A stretch of 63,980 nt of DNA, the filler included, from Reticulomyxa filosa (lineage: Eukaryota > Protista > Foraminifera): the NCBI GenBank assembly GCA_000512085.1. It is 22 parts of 22 records of this genome, joined end to end, with 100 filler letters (N's around TTAATTAATTAA, not from the genome) between each part and the next. Parts side by side here need not be neighbours in the genome. Positions count along the whole stretch, not along the records: positions 1 to 2,283 come from ASPP01003253.1; positions 2,384 to 4,557 come from ASPP01012474.1; positions 4,658 to 6,190 come from ASPP01028115.1; positions 6,291 to 10,607 come from ASPP01006507.1; positions 10,708 to 11,931 come from ASPP01040560.1; positions 12,032 to 15,191 come from ASPP01005153.1; 16 more parts are not named here. One strand, written 5' to 3'. Positions 1-12,113 of the stretch are shown here, piece by piece. Each line of letters opens with the position of its first letter. Position 1 is the stretch's first letter. A model generated the notes under the pieces. That model had not been told where the DNA came from and made no database searches. It was given only the letters and a program-made list of their open reading frames with translations. A program made the position numbers and the translations under genes.

Positions 1-60
1 TATTTTTATATATTTTTATATATTTTTATATATTTTTATATTTTTTATATTTTTTATATT
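1..60. repeat. Tandem 10-bp AT-rich repeat (TATTTTTATA)n, probably intronic
   Basis: Four exact and two degenerate units at the window start, just upstream of a splice acceptor at 82-83. Confidence 0.85.
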
Positions 61-83
61 TCATCTTTTCTTTTTTCATATAG

Positions 84-210
84 TCGATCCATACAACGAA
101 TCTTTGATAAAGAAACTTGGAATCAAATTGCTGAAAAATTAACTCTTTGGCAACATAATACTGATACTGTCATACAAATTATGCAAACATATAGTGGTAA
201 TAAAGAATGA
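84..210 (+). CDS. EIF3M: Final exon of probable translation initiation factor eIF3 subunit M
   Basis: After AG at 82-83 reads RSIQRIFDKETWNQIAEKLTLWQHNTDTVIQIMQTYSGNKE*, resembling the eIF3m C-terminus (R-x-F-x3-W-x6-L-x2-W); too short for the ORF track. Confidence 0.5.
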
Positions 211-1309
211 TTATCAATTTATTACCACTATTATGCTTTCATAGAGTTTTTTTTTAGAGTGCATCTAAAATAAACATTGCTTTATTATAGGATCTGATTT
301 CCTAATTTTCTCTCTTCACTTTTGACATTTAATTCAATTTCCATTCATTTCATACTCTAAACAGCATTCCAATTTTTCAAAAATAGAGATTACAAGCTAT
401 CAACAGGAAGAAATGCAAAAGAAAAGCTGTTAGTTGATAATATCAGAAAACCAACATATAACATTTAATAAATGATCACAAAGTCGCTAAAAGACTAAGA
501 TAGCATTACGCAGCAGAAAGCACGCTAGTGTTTCAAAAAATTACAAGCGACACGTGTAGTGGCTGCTACCACAAGACTTGTGCAGGTGTAATACGAAAGG
601 CTGCTATTGAGCAATTTTTCCGACAAAAAGCAAATAGTTAAATCAAAAATCTAAATGGCAAAACAATAACAAAGGGATTCAGGCTCCCTTAACTTTGCCA
701 CTGACCAGTAGGGCTTACCCACACGTGAGCATTCTATTAAAATTAAGCAGAAAATTTTCTGAAATTTTTATTACTGTGCACGCTACAGCACATTTAATTA
801 CAAAGATATTAAGAATAATTTTTTGTTTGTAAAAGTATCCTTATTTAATCGCTTGCTCAACAAATGATTTTTTAAACAAACAAATAAAAACGAGCAAAGT
901 CAATTAATAATACAGACTCGAAAAAATAAATACGGTAAATAATTCATTAAAAAAAATATGGAGGACTTAAAGTTTTAAAAAGACATTAAAATTACACGAT
1001 TATGGAATTTTAACAAATTTTTTCCACGAAGAAAATTGATCATCTTCATAATGGTACGTCATATCACCACTTTTCTTTTTCACTTCCACAAAAAATTTCC
1101 TTGTTTTGTGTTTTGAAATTTTTTGTTAAAAATAACTTATTGGCTGAACAATTTTTAATAAGAGGATCATAGTTTGTTTCTGACATTTCTTTTTTTTTGC
1201 CAAGATTGGTCATTTGAACATTAAGTTGTATAAGCGGTTTACCAAAAAAAATGTTAAAAAAGTTAACGTTTACTTTCTTGCAATTGCTCAAAAAATAAAA
1301 ATTGCATTT

Positions 1310-2283
1310 TTAGTTAGTCAAAAACTGAACTCCTTCAGCTTCACTTTTTTTGCAGCATGGTTTTTGGCATTTCTTTTTGTTGCCTTCACATGCAGCAGCT
1401 TTAAGCAATGGAACTGTTGGATTGTCTTGTTGAACAATAACCACACTTTGCTTGCACAACTTTTCTTTTTCGTTGGACGTATCGACAACATTTTCGCAAC
1501 AACCTTTCGCACATACTTTTGCCGGAGTGGTACTTATTTTAGGAGCGTCCATATTGTACTCTTGTTCAATTCTTTTTCTCCAATACTTTGCCAAATACGA
1601 GTCACTGCCACTACAGCAACCACAACCACCAGTAAATTCTTTTTTAAAGCATTGTCGTATTGTCAAAATACCTTCATATCCAACTCGTAAGCCAATACAG
1701 ATGCTAGTGGTGCCATCTACCCACCACAAACGATTGTCGATCGCATATATTAATGAACCAATTAACAATATTGTACTCAATTTTATGCAACTCAATGTGC
1801 AATTTGCTTCACTAGTTAAAGCACTGGAATTTAGTATCACTGCTGCTCTTGTTTTGAAATAAAACAAGAAAATACTTCCCGTTAAAGCGGCTACGCTTAT
1901 TATAATACCTACATTCAAAAAAAAATTAATTGTATACTATACATATACGTGTTTTTCAAAAACATACCAGGCACAGTCGAGTCAGGCGTTGTTCTTTGAA
2001 CCAATCGCACAATTGCAGAAGCAACAACCGATATGGCAAGCAAAGCTAATAATAAACCAATTATGAATGTCAACTTTCTTTCACGCTCAAGAGCCATTAA
2101 TGTAGTTTGACTTTTATTTACTGTTTCTGGTGCATTTGCTCTTCTTCTACTTGAAAATTCCCACAAAATGTGACTTAGTACCAATGCTGCTGAAGCCACT
2201 TCAATAAAACTGTCAATACCAAATCCCAATAAACTGATCGCATCATCACCAGATCCCCAGTACACGCTCACTATACCCTCTGC
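1310..2283 (-). CDS. TMEM163-like / cation diffusion facilitator membrane transporter with Cys-rich C-terminal tail (5' truncated)
   Basis: SLLGFGIDSFIEVAS, NSSAL..EA and WWVDG motifs in TM segments; a GT-AG intron at 1909-1967 joins ORFs 1915-2271 and 1310-1918 in frame (PDSTVP-G-IIIS). Confidence 0.75.
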
Positions 2284-2383
2284 NNNNNNNNNNNNNNNNN
2301 NNNNNNNNNNNNNNNNNNNNNNNNNNNTTAATTAATTAANNNNNNNNNNNNNNNNNNNNNNNNNNNNNNNNNNNNNNNNNNNN
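2284..2383. other. Artificial contig-joining spacer (N44-TTAATTAATTAA-N44); first of 21 copies
   Basis: Identical 100-bp spacer starting at 2284, 4558, 6191, 10608, 11932, 15192, 20665, 22360, 25346, 27064, 29583, 32041, 34080, 38700, 44355, 45543, 49022, 56820, 58162, 61234 and 62655; TTAATTAATTAA gives stops in all six frames. Confidence 0.98.
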
Positions 2384-3593
2384 CTTAACGTGATCGGTGA
2401 TCATTGATAAACAAACCGTAGGCCAGACTTCCGTGAATACATAACAGTCGATTCGTGTTGCATATTTTATGATTGGGTATGGCCAAAGTGTTTTGGATGA
2501 GTGAGGTCAAATGGTCCAATTCCGGCAGGAGCGTCTTCATCGTTGAGTTGTAGATACCGACCGAGCGGATGCACTTGGAAGAGAACCACGTCGCGAGTTG
2601 AGTGTTGAGCGAAAACATAATCGCGCCATAATGCGACGCGTTTTCAAACTGCGCTTGTGTCTTGCTCGTCAACGCATTGAACACTGTGTCGATATTAATA
2701 TTGGTTTCAAATGTCACAGATGCAGGTTCCTTCTCACCTTTATTATCATTTTCTTTATCTTTTTTTCTTCATTTTTTTCATTGTTGTTGTTGTTGTTGTT
2801 CTTCTTCTCATTTGTAGTGTTGGCCTCTGCGCAATACCATGAATCATGCAAAATTGTGGTCACATTTTGCATTCGTTCGGATCGAGGCTGCAACAATCCT
2901 CCGAGCGTGACCGGATCGTCCAATGATCTTGGAAATGTCGATATCCACTTTTGCTTTGTCTCCTTCGCCTTCTTCTTGCGGTTCAACTTCGCTTCATGTT
3001 TTAACCCTTGCACGGTAGGCTTCATTTGTTGCCATTGCATCCAACTGAAATGCACACGTATGCCTTTCACCGTTATCCCCTTTTCCATTGCTTTCCATTT
3101 TTTTTAATTTTATTATTATTATTATTTTTTTTTTTTAAATTTAAATAGCACATAATATGTAAATTAGTGTATGTGCAAACGAGGCTACATTTTTGTAATG
3201 TGCGATTTTTCGATGAAAGGATAATATGTAAAAAAAATAAAAATAAAAATAAAAATTACATTCTTTGAATGCGGCAGCTTGGACGTTAGACTCAAACATC
3301 AGCATAAAATAACCAGCACTGTGCCGTGTAATTCGGGCAGGAACAATTGCATCGTGAAGTTCCAAGGCCTTAGTCAGGTCATCAGCTTCAAAGTTGTGCC
3401 CCTTTGTCTTTGAATTTTCTTCTGCATTCTCCGTTGGCTTGTCTTTCACATATGTTCGCAACAGGCGGTAACGCAACAGCTCTGGTTTCTTTTCAAACAC
3501 TTTCAAATTTTTAGACTGATGATCATTGACCTGTTTTCTCTGGCTAAATCGCGCTTTTTGCGTTTTAAATTCACGGATTAATTTGTTCAACAT
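2384..3593 (-). CDS. Putative RRM-like + nucleotidyltransferase (TUTase/non-canonical PAP-like) protein (3' truncated)
   Basis: RRM-like GYFMLMFESNVQAAAF segment; LCIHGSLAYGL resembles the pol-beta NTase hGS motif but the catalytic aspartates lie beyond the contig end; one intron and a frameshift in the A7 run at 2760-2766. Confidence 0.4.
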
Positions 3594-3860
3594 GGTAATG
3601 CAATGATTTCGAGTTTTTTTTTTGAACTGAATCTCACTTGCAAGGGGTAAACGAATTACTGATGCATATACCTTATTTTTTTAATTTAATTTAATTTTTC
3701 AACATTGTAAAGTACTAACTTTCGTTTTAACTTTGACATTACTTTATTTTCAAATTAAATCGTTACTATTTGCTAAAAGCCTCATTTAAAGTTAAAGTCA
3801 AGAACTACACTCACAAGCCAAACGCCTCACATCTGTTTTTCAAAATACTTGTACGTGAAT

Positions 3861-4510
3861 TTATGCACTAGAATTCTTTAATTCGCTTGGAACGGTTATG
3901 TGAGATTTCGCGACTTGCATGATTTGTGTTTGAATCATCTGAAACGTTGGATATTTGGCCAATACTTGTTTGCATACATCAACACACTCGGTCCACTTTT
4001 CGTTCTATTTCAAACAAGAGGAATTGAATTGGACGACGTATTTTAACAATATGTTAGTTATTGTTATTATTTTTATTTATTTATATATTTATATATCTGT
4101 TAATTTTGTTAACATGCAACAAATATTTCGCCAAAGCAAAGCCTAGCCTCGGATTAATTGTTGAGCCACTTTGTAAACTCCAAGCTTGTCTCAATCTATC
4201 CAAGGCCGATTCTTTATCTCCTTTTTTGTTGCACGCCGCGCCCATTAACACCCAAGCGCTTAAACAGCATCGGTTCAATGCAATGGCTTGCTTACAACAT
4301 TCATTGCACAAGGCAATTTCATTTTTCTGTTGTAAATGAGCACACATACGTATACATTCTGAAACAAACAAAACAAAAAAAAAAAGAAAAATAGACAAAC
4401 AAAACTTGCAAATAAATTCGACCCAATGTGGTCAGCATTTCACAATAATCCAACGTAGAAACAGTAAAATCGAACATTGTTTTGCATTGTCTTTGGAGCA
4501 ACAAATGCCA
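3861..4510 (-). CDS. TTC21B: IFT139/TTC21-like TPR protein, C-terminal exons
   Basis: Spliced exons give LGRIYLQ..NRCCLSAWVLMG..AWSL..NPRLGFALAKYLL-NEKWTECVDVCKQVLAKYPTF..IMQVAK, colinear with the IFT139 C-terminus; last exon 3861-4004. Confidence 0.75.
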
Positions 4511-4511
4511 T

Positions 4512-4542
<31 letters not shown>

Positions 4543-4657
4543 GGTAAAAAAAAAAAANNNNNNNNNNNNNNNNNNNNNNNNNNNNNNNNNNNNNNNNNNN
4601 NTTAATTAATTAANNNNNNNNNNNNNNNNNNNNNNNNNNNNNNNNNNNNNNNNNNNN

Positions 4658-5605
4658 TATATGTATATAATGTATTAAAACTGGTCGGCCTTTTGGTCGG
4701 ATGAAGAGTGGGACTCTTGGTGGGACGAGAGGTGGGTTGGAGGGTAGGAAGACGTGTAGGAGGCTTGGTGGGATATTCTGTTGGAAACGCTGTTGGACGC
4801 TTTGTAGGAAGATAGGTTGGAGACGCCGTGGGATATTGTGTAGGCAGCGTCGGTGACATCGTTGGATGTTCTGTTGGATGTTTGGTCGGCTTTAGCGTCG
4901 GATGCTTCGTGGGAAATTTCGTGGGCTGATCCGTTGGGTTCTTCGTTGGTTTTGCTGTTGGGCTTGTTGTTGGCGCATTCGAAGGTGAAAATGCTGTGTT
5001 TTATATGTTTATCATATATCATTTATACATATATGTATATATATGTATATGTTTATATATGTATATGTTTATATGCAGATGGACTTAATACTCAACTGGG
5101 TACTGACGTCGGATGTGCCGTTGGCGGAACCGTGGGATGCTTTGTGGGGTGTCTGGAAGGGGCTTATCAATCATCAACAGAGAAAAACGTGCAAATGAAA
5201 GATATTACTTTTTTTTTTTTTTTTTTTGGATTGTAATACATATGTTTATACATAAGCTTAGATACCTCTGGTTGGCGCTGCGGTTGGACTTGGTGTATCT
5301 GCATTAATTGCAATTTGCGATATATCAAAGCTCAACAAATCTGCTAATGCTTGTCGGAAAATACTTCTTGTGTGATTAAATACATCTGCTGTTATATTGG
5401 TTTCTATCTCAAACTCCACCACTTTTTTTTTTTTTTTTGTGTGTGTTGTTCATTGTAGTCATTTGTTTGTTGCCATTCACAAATCTACTCAATCAAAACA
5501 TATTGTATCATCAATGGATGTGCCACCTGAATAATAGCTGTTTTGTGCACTACGCGCTGTATTACTTAAAAAACCATATAGCAATAGCAAAAAAAGTTGA
5601 TACAT
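4658..5605 (-). CDS. Secreted/surface protein with Pro-Thr (PTxx) repeats (3' truncated)
   Basis: ATG at 5605 gives MYQLFLLLLYGFLSNTARSA (signal-peptide-like); later exons encode PTxxPTxxPT arrays. Confidence 0.6.
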
Positions 5606-6290
5606 TGATTATCAAAAAATTGATCTCAATTGATGAGTAAAGCTAAGATGTTGGAAACAAACTATTTTTTAACAAATAAGGTCTAATTATACAATTTTTT
5701 TAAAAAAATTTTGTTAATATCCTTTTTAACATTTTTAGAAAAGTTTTTATTAATTTTTCAAATTTATTTAACAATTCTTTTTTCTTTTTTAATTCAATCT
5801 TTTAGTTTTGTTAATTCTGGACCGAGACAAAAGACGGTAAAGGATTGAATCAATTCAATTGATTTACTTCAAAAAATTTTTTGAAAGTAATGATTTACAA
5901 ATAATTTATTTCATATATCAACATAACGAAATCAAGAAAAAATGCTATGTCACTTGTTAAAAACATTCATGAAAATGCTAAAAAAAAAAAATACATTATA
6001 CATTATGAACATATACATTATGAACATATCTTTACAATCTTTTCGTAGTAATTTGCAATGAAAATTGTTCACTTCCAACCAATATCAATACTTAAGAAAT
6101 TATGAAACAACAATTGATCAATCACAATAATGTTCAACAATTTCTAATCTATTTTCTTCCACTACCGAATCAAAGCCATCTTTGGATTGANNNNNNNNNN
6201 NNNNNNNNNNNNNNNNNNNNNNNNNNNNNNNNNNTTAATTAATTAANNNNNNNNNNNNNNNNNNNNNNNNNNNNNNNNNNNNNNNNNNNN

Positions 6291-6704
6291 GAGAATGAGG
6301 ATGAGGATGAGAATGAGAATGAGGATGAGGATGGGAGAGATGGTATGAAGACATTGGCATCCCAAATTGCGATAGTGTCCAATATGTTTGTGGATACTGC
6401 GATGTCATTGATATTGGATTATTGTATTCTGGGTATCCTGCAAAGCTGTTATTCATCATAGGCACTTGCATTTGCATTGGAGCTTGCATTGGCATTGGCA
6501 TTTGCATTTGCATTTGCATTTGCATTGGCATCTGCACGGGCAAGATTGTTGGAATTGGTTCTGTCATCGACGCAGGGTTTGGAACACCTGACGGCGGCGG
6601 GGCGGCTGACATTGCAAGAGATAGTAGTCCACCGTCACTCACTTGTGGCACCAAGGCATCTCCACTTGTTTGTGGTTCCTTTTTATTTACATATATGTCA
6701 ACAC

Positions 6705-6735
<31 letters not shown>

Positions 6736-7045
6736 TGTATAATAGTAACAAATGAATGATTTTGTGTTTTGCAATAGAGCAAAGAAAAAAGGAGAAAGAG
6801 AGAGACCATTGGAAGCAAAGGCACGAAATGAGCGTTTCCTTGAGACACAATACTGTCCCCACGACATAATCCTTCCAATGGGGACGGTAGTGATCGATCT
6901 CGTGACAACTCGAAAAACGTTTCTCCAAGAGAAGAGACCGGCTGTAGTCCATTTAATGCAAAGTTGCCTTCAATTTTCAAATTGCTCAATGAGTTACTCA
7001 ATGATGACATGTTTATTTCGGTTCTATTTCCATTCAAATGTTTTC

Positions 7046-7097
<52 letters not shown>

Positions 7098-7494
7098 GTT
7101 ATTAATTGAACCAGTACTACCTGTGTTCTTACCCTTGCTCTTATATACTGATGTCCAAGTTGTGTTCCATGACATATCTTGTTTTTGTTTCACGGCCGCT
7201 TTTGATGTGATTGTGTTGGTGTTATTTTGTGCTGTAGTCGCTGCATTCTCTTTGATGCTCTTTCCACTTGCGTCCATGTCCATGTTTGTGTTCGTGTCTA
7301 TGTCCGCAACTGCGTCCGCTGCAGTGCTCATCGTCGTGTGCATATGCTCACTCATGTCCATATCTGCATTCGTATTGCTATTCGCTTCCATTCTCGTGCT
7401 CATACTATCCGTGTCTGTAGAGGTATCACTAGTCTGCTGTTCCAACGAGGCAGGTAGATCGTCCTTTGTCAAGTTTTCATTCCCATTGCTACTA

Positions 7495-7540
<46 letters not shown>

Positions 7541-8174
7541 CATCATTATTATCATCATTATTATCATCATTATTATCATCATTATTATCATTATTATTAT
7601 TATTATTATTATTGTTATTGCCATGACTGATAGAATGCTTCACTTGATCATCGCTCGATGTGACTAACATGCTAGTGCTCACCTCGATTGAGGTCATCTC
7701 GTCTCTCCATGTGCAATCAAATGGATTTGTACAACATACGGCCCCATCTCCTTCTTCTTCTTCTTCTTTTTCTTCTTTGCTCTCGTGTTTCAATCCCTTC
7801 CTTTCCATGTCTTTCGTGCTTTGCAGCTTCCGTTCCGAAAAACTTCGGTACAATTCCTCGCCGTATTCTTTGATCGATACTAGCTTCGTTAGTTTGCGGG
7901 GCGAATGCGAAATCGGAATCGAAATCGACGGGACTACTCTGGCCTGTGGTGGCTGTGTTGGAAATATTTTAGCTCGTGAAACACTACCCATACTGCTTGG
8001 ATACACTATAGATACCATCTCGATTTTTTTATGCACCACAATCACATGCTCCACTCCTTCTGTTGGATCACACCAAAAGAGAGGCTGATATGTTTCGCAA
8101 TAAGATTTTGATAACACTGTTTGCTCTTTCAAAATCATGCACCAAAACAATAATAACTGCATCAAATGAGACAT
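6291..8174 (-). CDS. Low-complexity hypothetical protein (poly-Asn, MQ/MP and HP repeats), truncated
   Basis: 495-codon ORF plus a downstream exon; no recognisable catalytic domain. Confidence 0.55.
7027..7100. repeat. (TTA)n microsatellite encoding poly-Asn on the minus strand; second tract at about 7495-7620
   Basis: Direct trinucleotide repeat. Confidence 0.9.
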
Positions 8175-8633
8175 TTCAAATATGCCGTACTATTCGTCCC
8201 AACCGTAATTCACTCAACAAGAAGAAGAAAAAAAAAATCCGCCCCCTTTTAACCCCGTAAAAAACAAGCAAGACTCGGAATAAAAGCTCTTTGTATTTAA
8301 ACGCTCACAGCTCGGAGTATTGTCCTGTGTTTGCGTTTTCTTACTATCTTGAGACATTTATTACTTTTTTTAAAAAATAAAAAAAGTAATGAACTTCTTT
8401 TGATTGACCCAAAATTTTTTAACAAAATAATACTAGAATTGGAATGTGTAAGAAAAGTGCATAAATAAACCGATTTTGTTTTTGACACGTACATAAGCAC
8501 CAAGCATTCAAATTACTTTTTTTGACTGTCTTGTTTGTAACGAGTCAATACAAACATAAAACTTTTTTTAATTATTTCACTAAAAAAAAAAACAATTTTA
8601 TGCTTACCTTCCTACATTGGCAAAAAAAAAAAA

Positions 8634-9621
8634 TTAAAGATTGGATTTACTTTGACCATCTTTACTTTTTTTGTTACTGCCAAACTCTTTGACAACTTCT
8701 TGCATACGTTGCATACTCGTTTCAGAGCAGCGAACCCTTGTAAACTCCGACATGTGTCCTAGGTTCGTAAAGTTAGAATCAAAGATAAGGTTCCGACAAA
8801 GATATTGTTTGACAGAAAGGTAGGCCTCCATGCAATTGGGTTTGATATTCAGCGCTTCCTCAATGGCGCGCTGCAAACACTCGGCGCGCGAATCACGCAA
8901 ACAATCAAAATACTGAAACTTGTCAAGCATTTGTTTTGGATTGTACAGTTTGCCTTGCAGCAACAGTTCCCAATTCGCTTCAGGAGACAATTTGTGATTG
9001 AACATAAAGTACGCTATTGCTGGAAAAGGGATCCCTTTTTTTTTTTTTTAACAAAAAAGGGGAACACAAAAAAAAAAAAAAATTTTTTTTTTTTTGGGAT
9101 GCGCTTGATAAAAAAAAAATTCCACAATGGATTTCATTGACACCAATTTTAATTGAATCCTTATTCAATCCAATTCGGACATCACTCCCCAGACCAATAA
9201 AAAACCCTCCTGCGATGGCATGACCATCAATCACGGTAACAGTTTTGCGAGGCAAACTAACCCATCTCTCCATTGTCTCGGAGAACTTTGTAAATAATTG
9301 TTTGGTCGTTTTCCGATCATTTGCTTCCAACACACGATTTAAGTCCATCCCTGCACTGAATATGTTCTCCTTTCCGCTCACCAAAATTAATGGCTTGCGA
9401 CCGTATTTGCTCTGGTTCGATGGGTGGCCCACTTCTTTCATCATTGCTTGGAAATCTCCCAGAGATTCCTCGTTCAAGAAGTTCCCGGCGTTTGAGTTCA
9501 TTGTCACCAGGATCACTTGATTATTTTCTATCAATTCTACTTTCCATTTTCCAGATTTTGGTGCTTGTGTCATTTGCCCATTAATATTTTTTGCAAAGTT
9601 TTTAAAAAATTTTCCGAGCAT
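8634..9621 (-). CDS. Enoyl-CoA hydratase/isomerase (crotonase superfamily)
   Basis: FSAGMDL, IDGHAIAGG, GLGSDVRIG and GVNEI motifs; one intron at about 9035-9122/9125. Confidence 0.9.
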
Positions 9622-9890
9622 ACAGACTTTTCTTCGTTTTTTCCTTCTCCTCCCCTTTTTTTTTTTAAAAAAAAAACTGAAATCTTGGATTATTTGGCAT
9701 TTGCTAGTTCTTTGTCTGGTTGTGTTTTCTGCTTGGAATCAGCAACACTTTGAAGAGTTTTTTAAATGCGTGACGAACAACAAATAAAAAAGTGAGATGA
9801 ATTGACGTGCAGTTGTCAGATCGTTCTTTAATGCAATTGGTCTGAAATTGAGCTAAGTGACAACAGCTAAAAAAAAAAAGGATAGTGTGA

Positions 9891-10520
9891 CTACAATGTA
9901 CTTTTTTGTTTGTGATAATTTGAAGTTTTCAATACTCGTAGTGCGCTCATAATATCAGCTTCACCTCTGTTTTTTTTTTTAAAAAAAGCATGTATGTACA
10001 AATAAAAGACACAAGACAAAAAAAAAAAATTATGTAACTCAAATTTTTGTGTTTGACTAAGTGAAACATGCTTAGCAGCATCATTCCATTTTTCTTTGGT
10101 GGCTTCTTTCAAAACACTGGTGCGCATAAAAACATTCGTATTGAGTTCATCTTCAACCGTGGAGGGGACACATATTCCACCGTCTGTAAACGCGAAATGT
10201 GTACCGCATATTGTTTGATGAGTATTAAATAAAAGATGGTATATCTATATATATACATATATATATATAAACATAAAATAAGTAGAAATGATATGCACGC
10301 CAACATACTTTCTTTGGCTTGCGCTTGGCACCATTTGGATTTGGCTAGCATTTTTTCGTTTTGTGGCTCAACGAATAAGCCAAAGAGAAAATTGCTGGCG
10401 GCATATTCGTGTCCAGGATATATTTTGGTATGTTTTGGGAATTTGGCAATCTTTTGAAAATTTTTCAACATGTCCTCGCCAGTCCCTTCAAAGAAGTGGC
10501 CCACACCGCCTACGAATTTC
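9891..10520 (-). CDS. Hydroxyacylglutathione hydrolase (glyoxalase II) family, C-terminal part
   Basis: GGVGHFFEG, IYPGHEY..SNFLF...VEP.N and VPSTVEDELNTNVFMR motifs; two introns, one at 9967-10038. Confidence 0.9.
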
Positions 10521-10786
10521 GACGTGGTTATTATTTGTTAATGTTATTATTATTTATTATTATTTAAAAAAAAAAAAGAGGGTGATGCACTAAAAAAAAA
10601 AAAAAAANNNNNNNNNNNNNNNNNNNNNNNNNNNNNNNNNNNNNNNNNNNNTTAATTAATTAANNNNNNNNNNNNNNNNNNNNNNNNNNNNNNNNNNNNN
10701 NNNNNNNAATTGATTTACAAAAATATAATAAATGATATAAATAAGTGAAACTAAATTTTGTTACACATTAATAAAATATCAAAAAT

Positions 10787-10831
10787 ATAATCAGTCAGGT
10801 AAGAAATTCAATATCTTACCTGACTGATTAT
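10787..10831. repeat. Perfect 18-bp inverted repeat with 9-nt loop
   Basis: ATAATCAGTCAGGTAAGA (10787-10804) / TCTTACCTGACTGATTAT (10814-10831). Confidence 0.9.
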
Positions 10832-12113
10832 TTTTCTTAGTCTAATGGAAGTTGGAACTTTCAGCTTCTATTTTTTGAAGAAAAAACCACAGGTCAGCAG
10901 TCTCACGTAATATATAAATTTTCACCTAGTGGTAAAGATTTCTTCCAAAAGTATTATAATTATATTGTAGTTTTATATCCTGACTGCTGTTTTTTTAAAG
11001 AGTTGATGATTAACAATAAGTGTTTGTTGCAAACAGTCCGAAGGTCAATTTGTACTTATATTTGAGCTATTACAACGTTGATTATACCAATATTAGAGTT
11101 ATAATTTTGATTGAAAAATTATTTGACTTGATATTCATATAATATATACATTAGCAATAATTTTTTTCAATTGCAAATTTTTTAATATCACAATTACTAT
11201 ATAGTGTAAAGAGTATGACAGTTATACACTTTTCAACACAGTTCTAAAAATTTTATATCAAAAATTGATTATTATTTTCTGCATAGCCACAGTAGCTGTT
11301 TTAAACAAGACCAGTTGCGAAAATGTACACAACTAGACGAAGGGGTTTAACAAACTTTACCGTTTATGCCCGTTTTAGAAAGGTCTAGTCATTCATTGGA
11401 AAAATAATGCTCTCGCTTCTAGTAAATCAAATTAATCTCCTATATTCTGTCTCATTAGTTTGGTCTATCTTGCAACATTGCTTGGCATTGCTTAATCTCT
11501 GCGTCTTTATGAGTTTCCGACAGCAAGTGGTGGGACTGATTGGGACCAATGGATTGCATCCATTATGTCAGGTCTTGTCAAACAAACAAGGAAAGTACAT
11601 ACCCGCGACTGGAAGTGATCAATCCTCCACACCAACAAAGCATGAGATAAAAAGTCCGAATTGGCAAGAAAAATGTAAACTCTTTTGGAAATTTCCAACC
11701 ATGAATTGGTTCATTGGAAGCTCAGACACGTTGTTGCTACGACAATGTGATTTTGGTATACTTATTTCCGTGTTGCAATTGTTGCACAATTTTCCATTGT
11801 CTTATCATTGGCTCTTCTACAATATCTTATGTTGGAGCCAATTTTTATTGGCACTATCTTTCGAAAACAACTTGGGCCCTTTCATTTTACAAATGGAGCC
11901 AATGATGTGTGAAATAAATTTTTTAATGGCANNNNNNNNNNNNNNNNNNNNNNNNNNNNNNNNNNNNNNNNNNNNTTAATTAATTAANNNNNNNNNNNNN
12001 NNNNNNNNNNNNNNNNNNNNNNNNNNNNNNNTTTACAAAAAGTAATATATATATATATATATATATATACATAAGCAAATGAAACAACACGAAACAAAAG
12101 AGAAATCGATTAG

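Noticed and set aside
2328-2339. Recurring palindrome TTAATTAATTAA as a biological repeat or CRISPR-like array
   Set aside because: It is always centred in an identical N-padded 100-bp block, so it is an assembly linker
6964-7626. 220-aa Leu-rich 'membrane protein' ORF on the plus strand
   Set aside because: Antisense shadow of poly-Asn (AAT)n coding sequence; the same applies to ORFs at 32287-32951 and 38002-38687
11407-11931. 175-codon plus-strand ORF as a gene or transposase
   Set aside because: No recognisable motif in any frame; cannot be supported without a search
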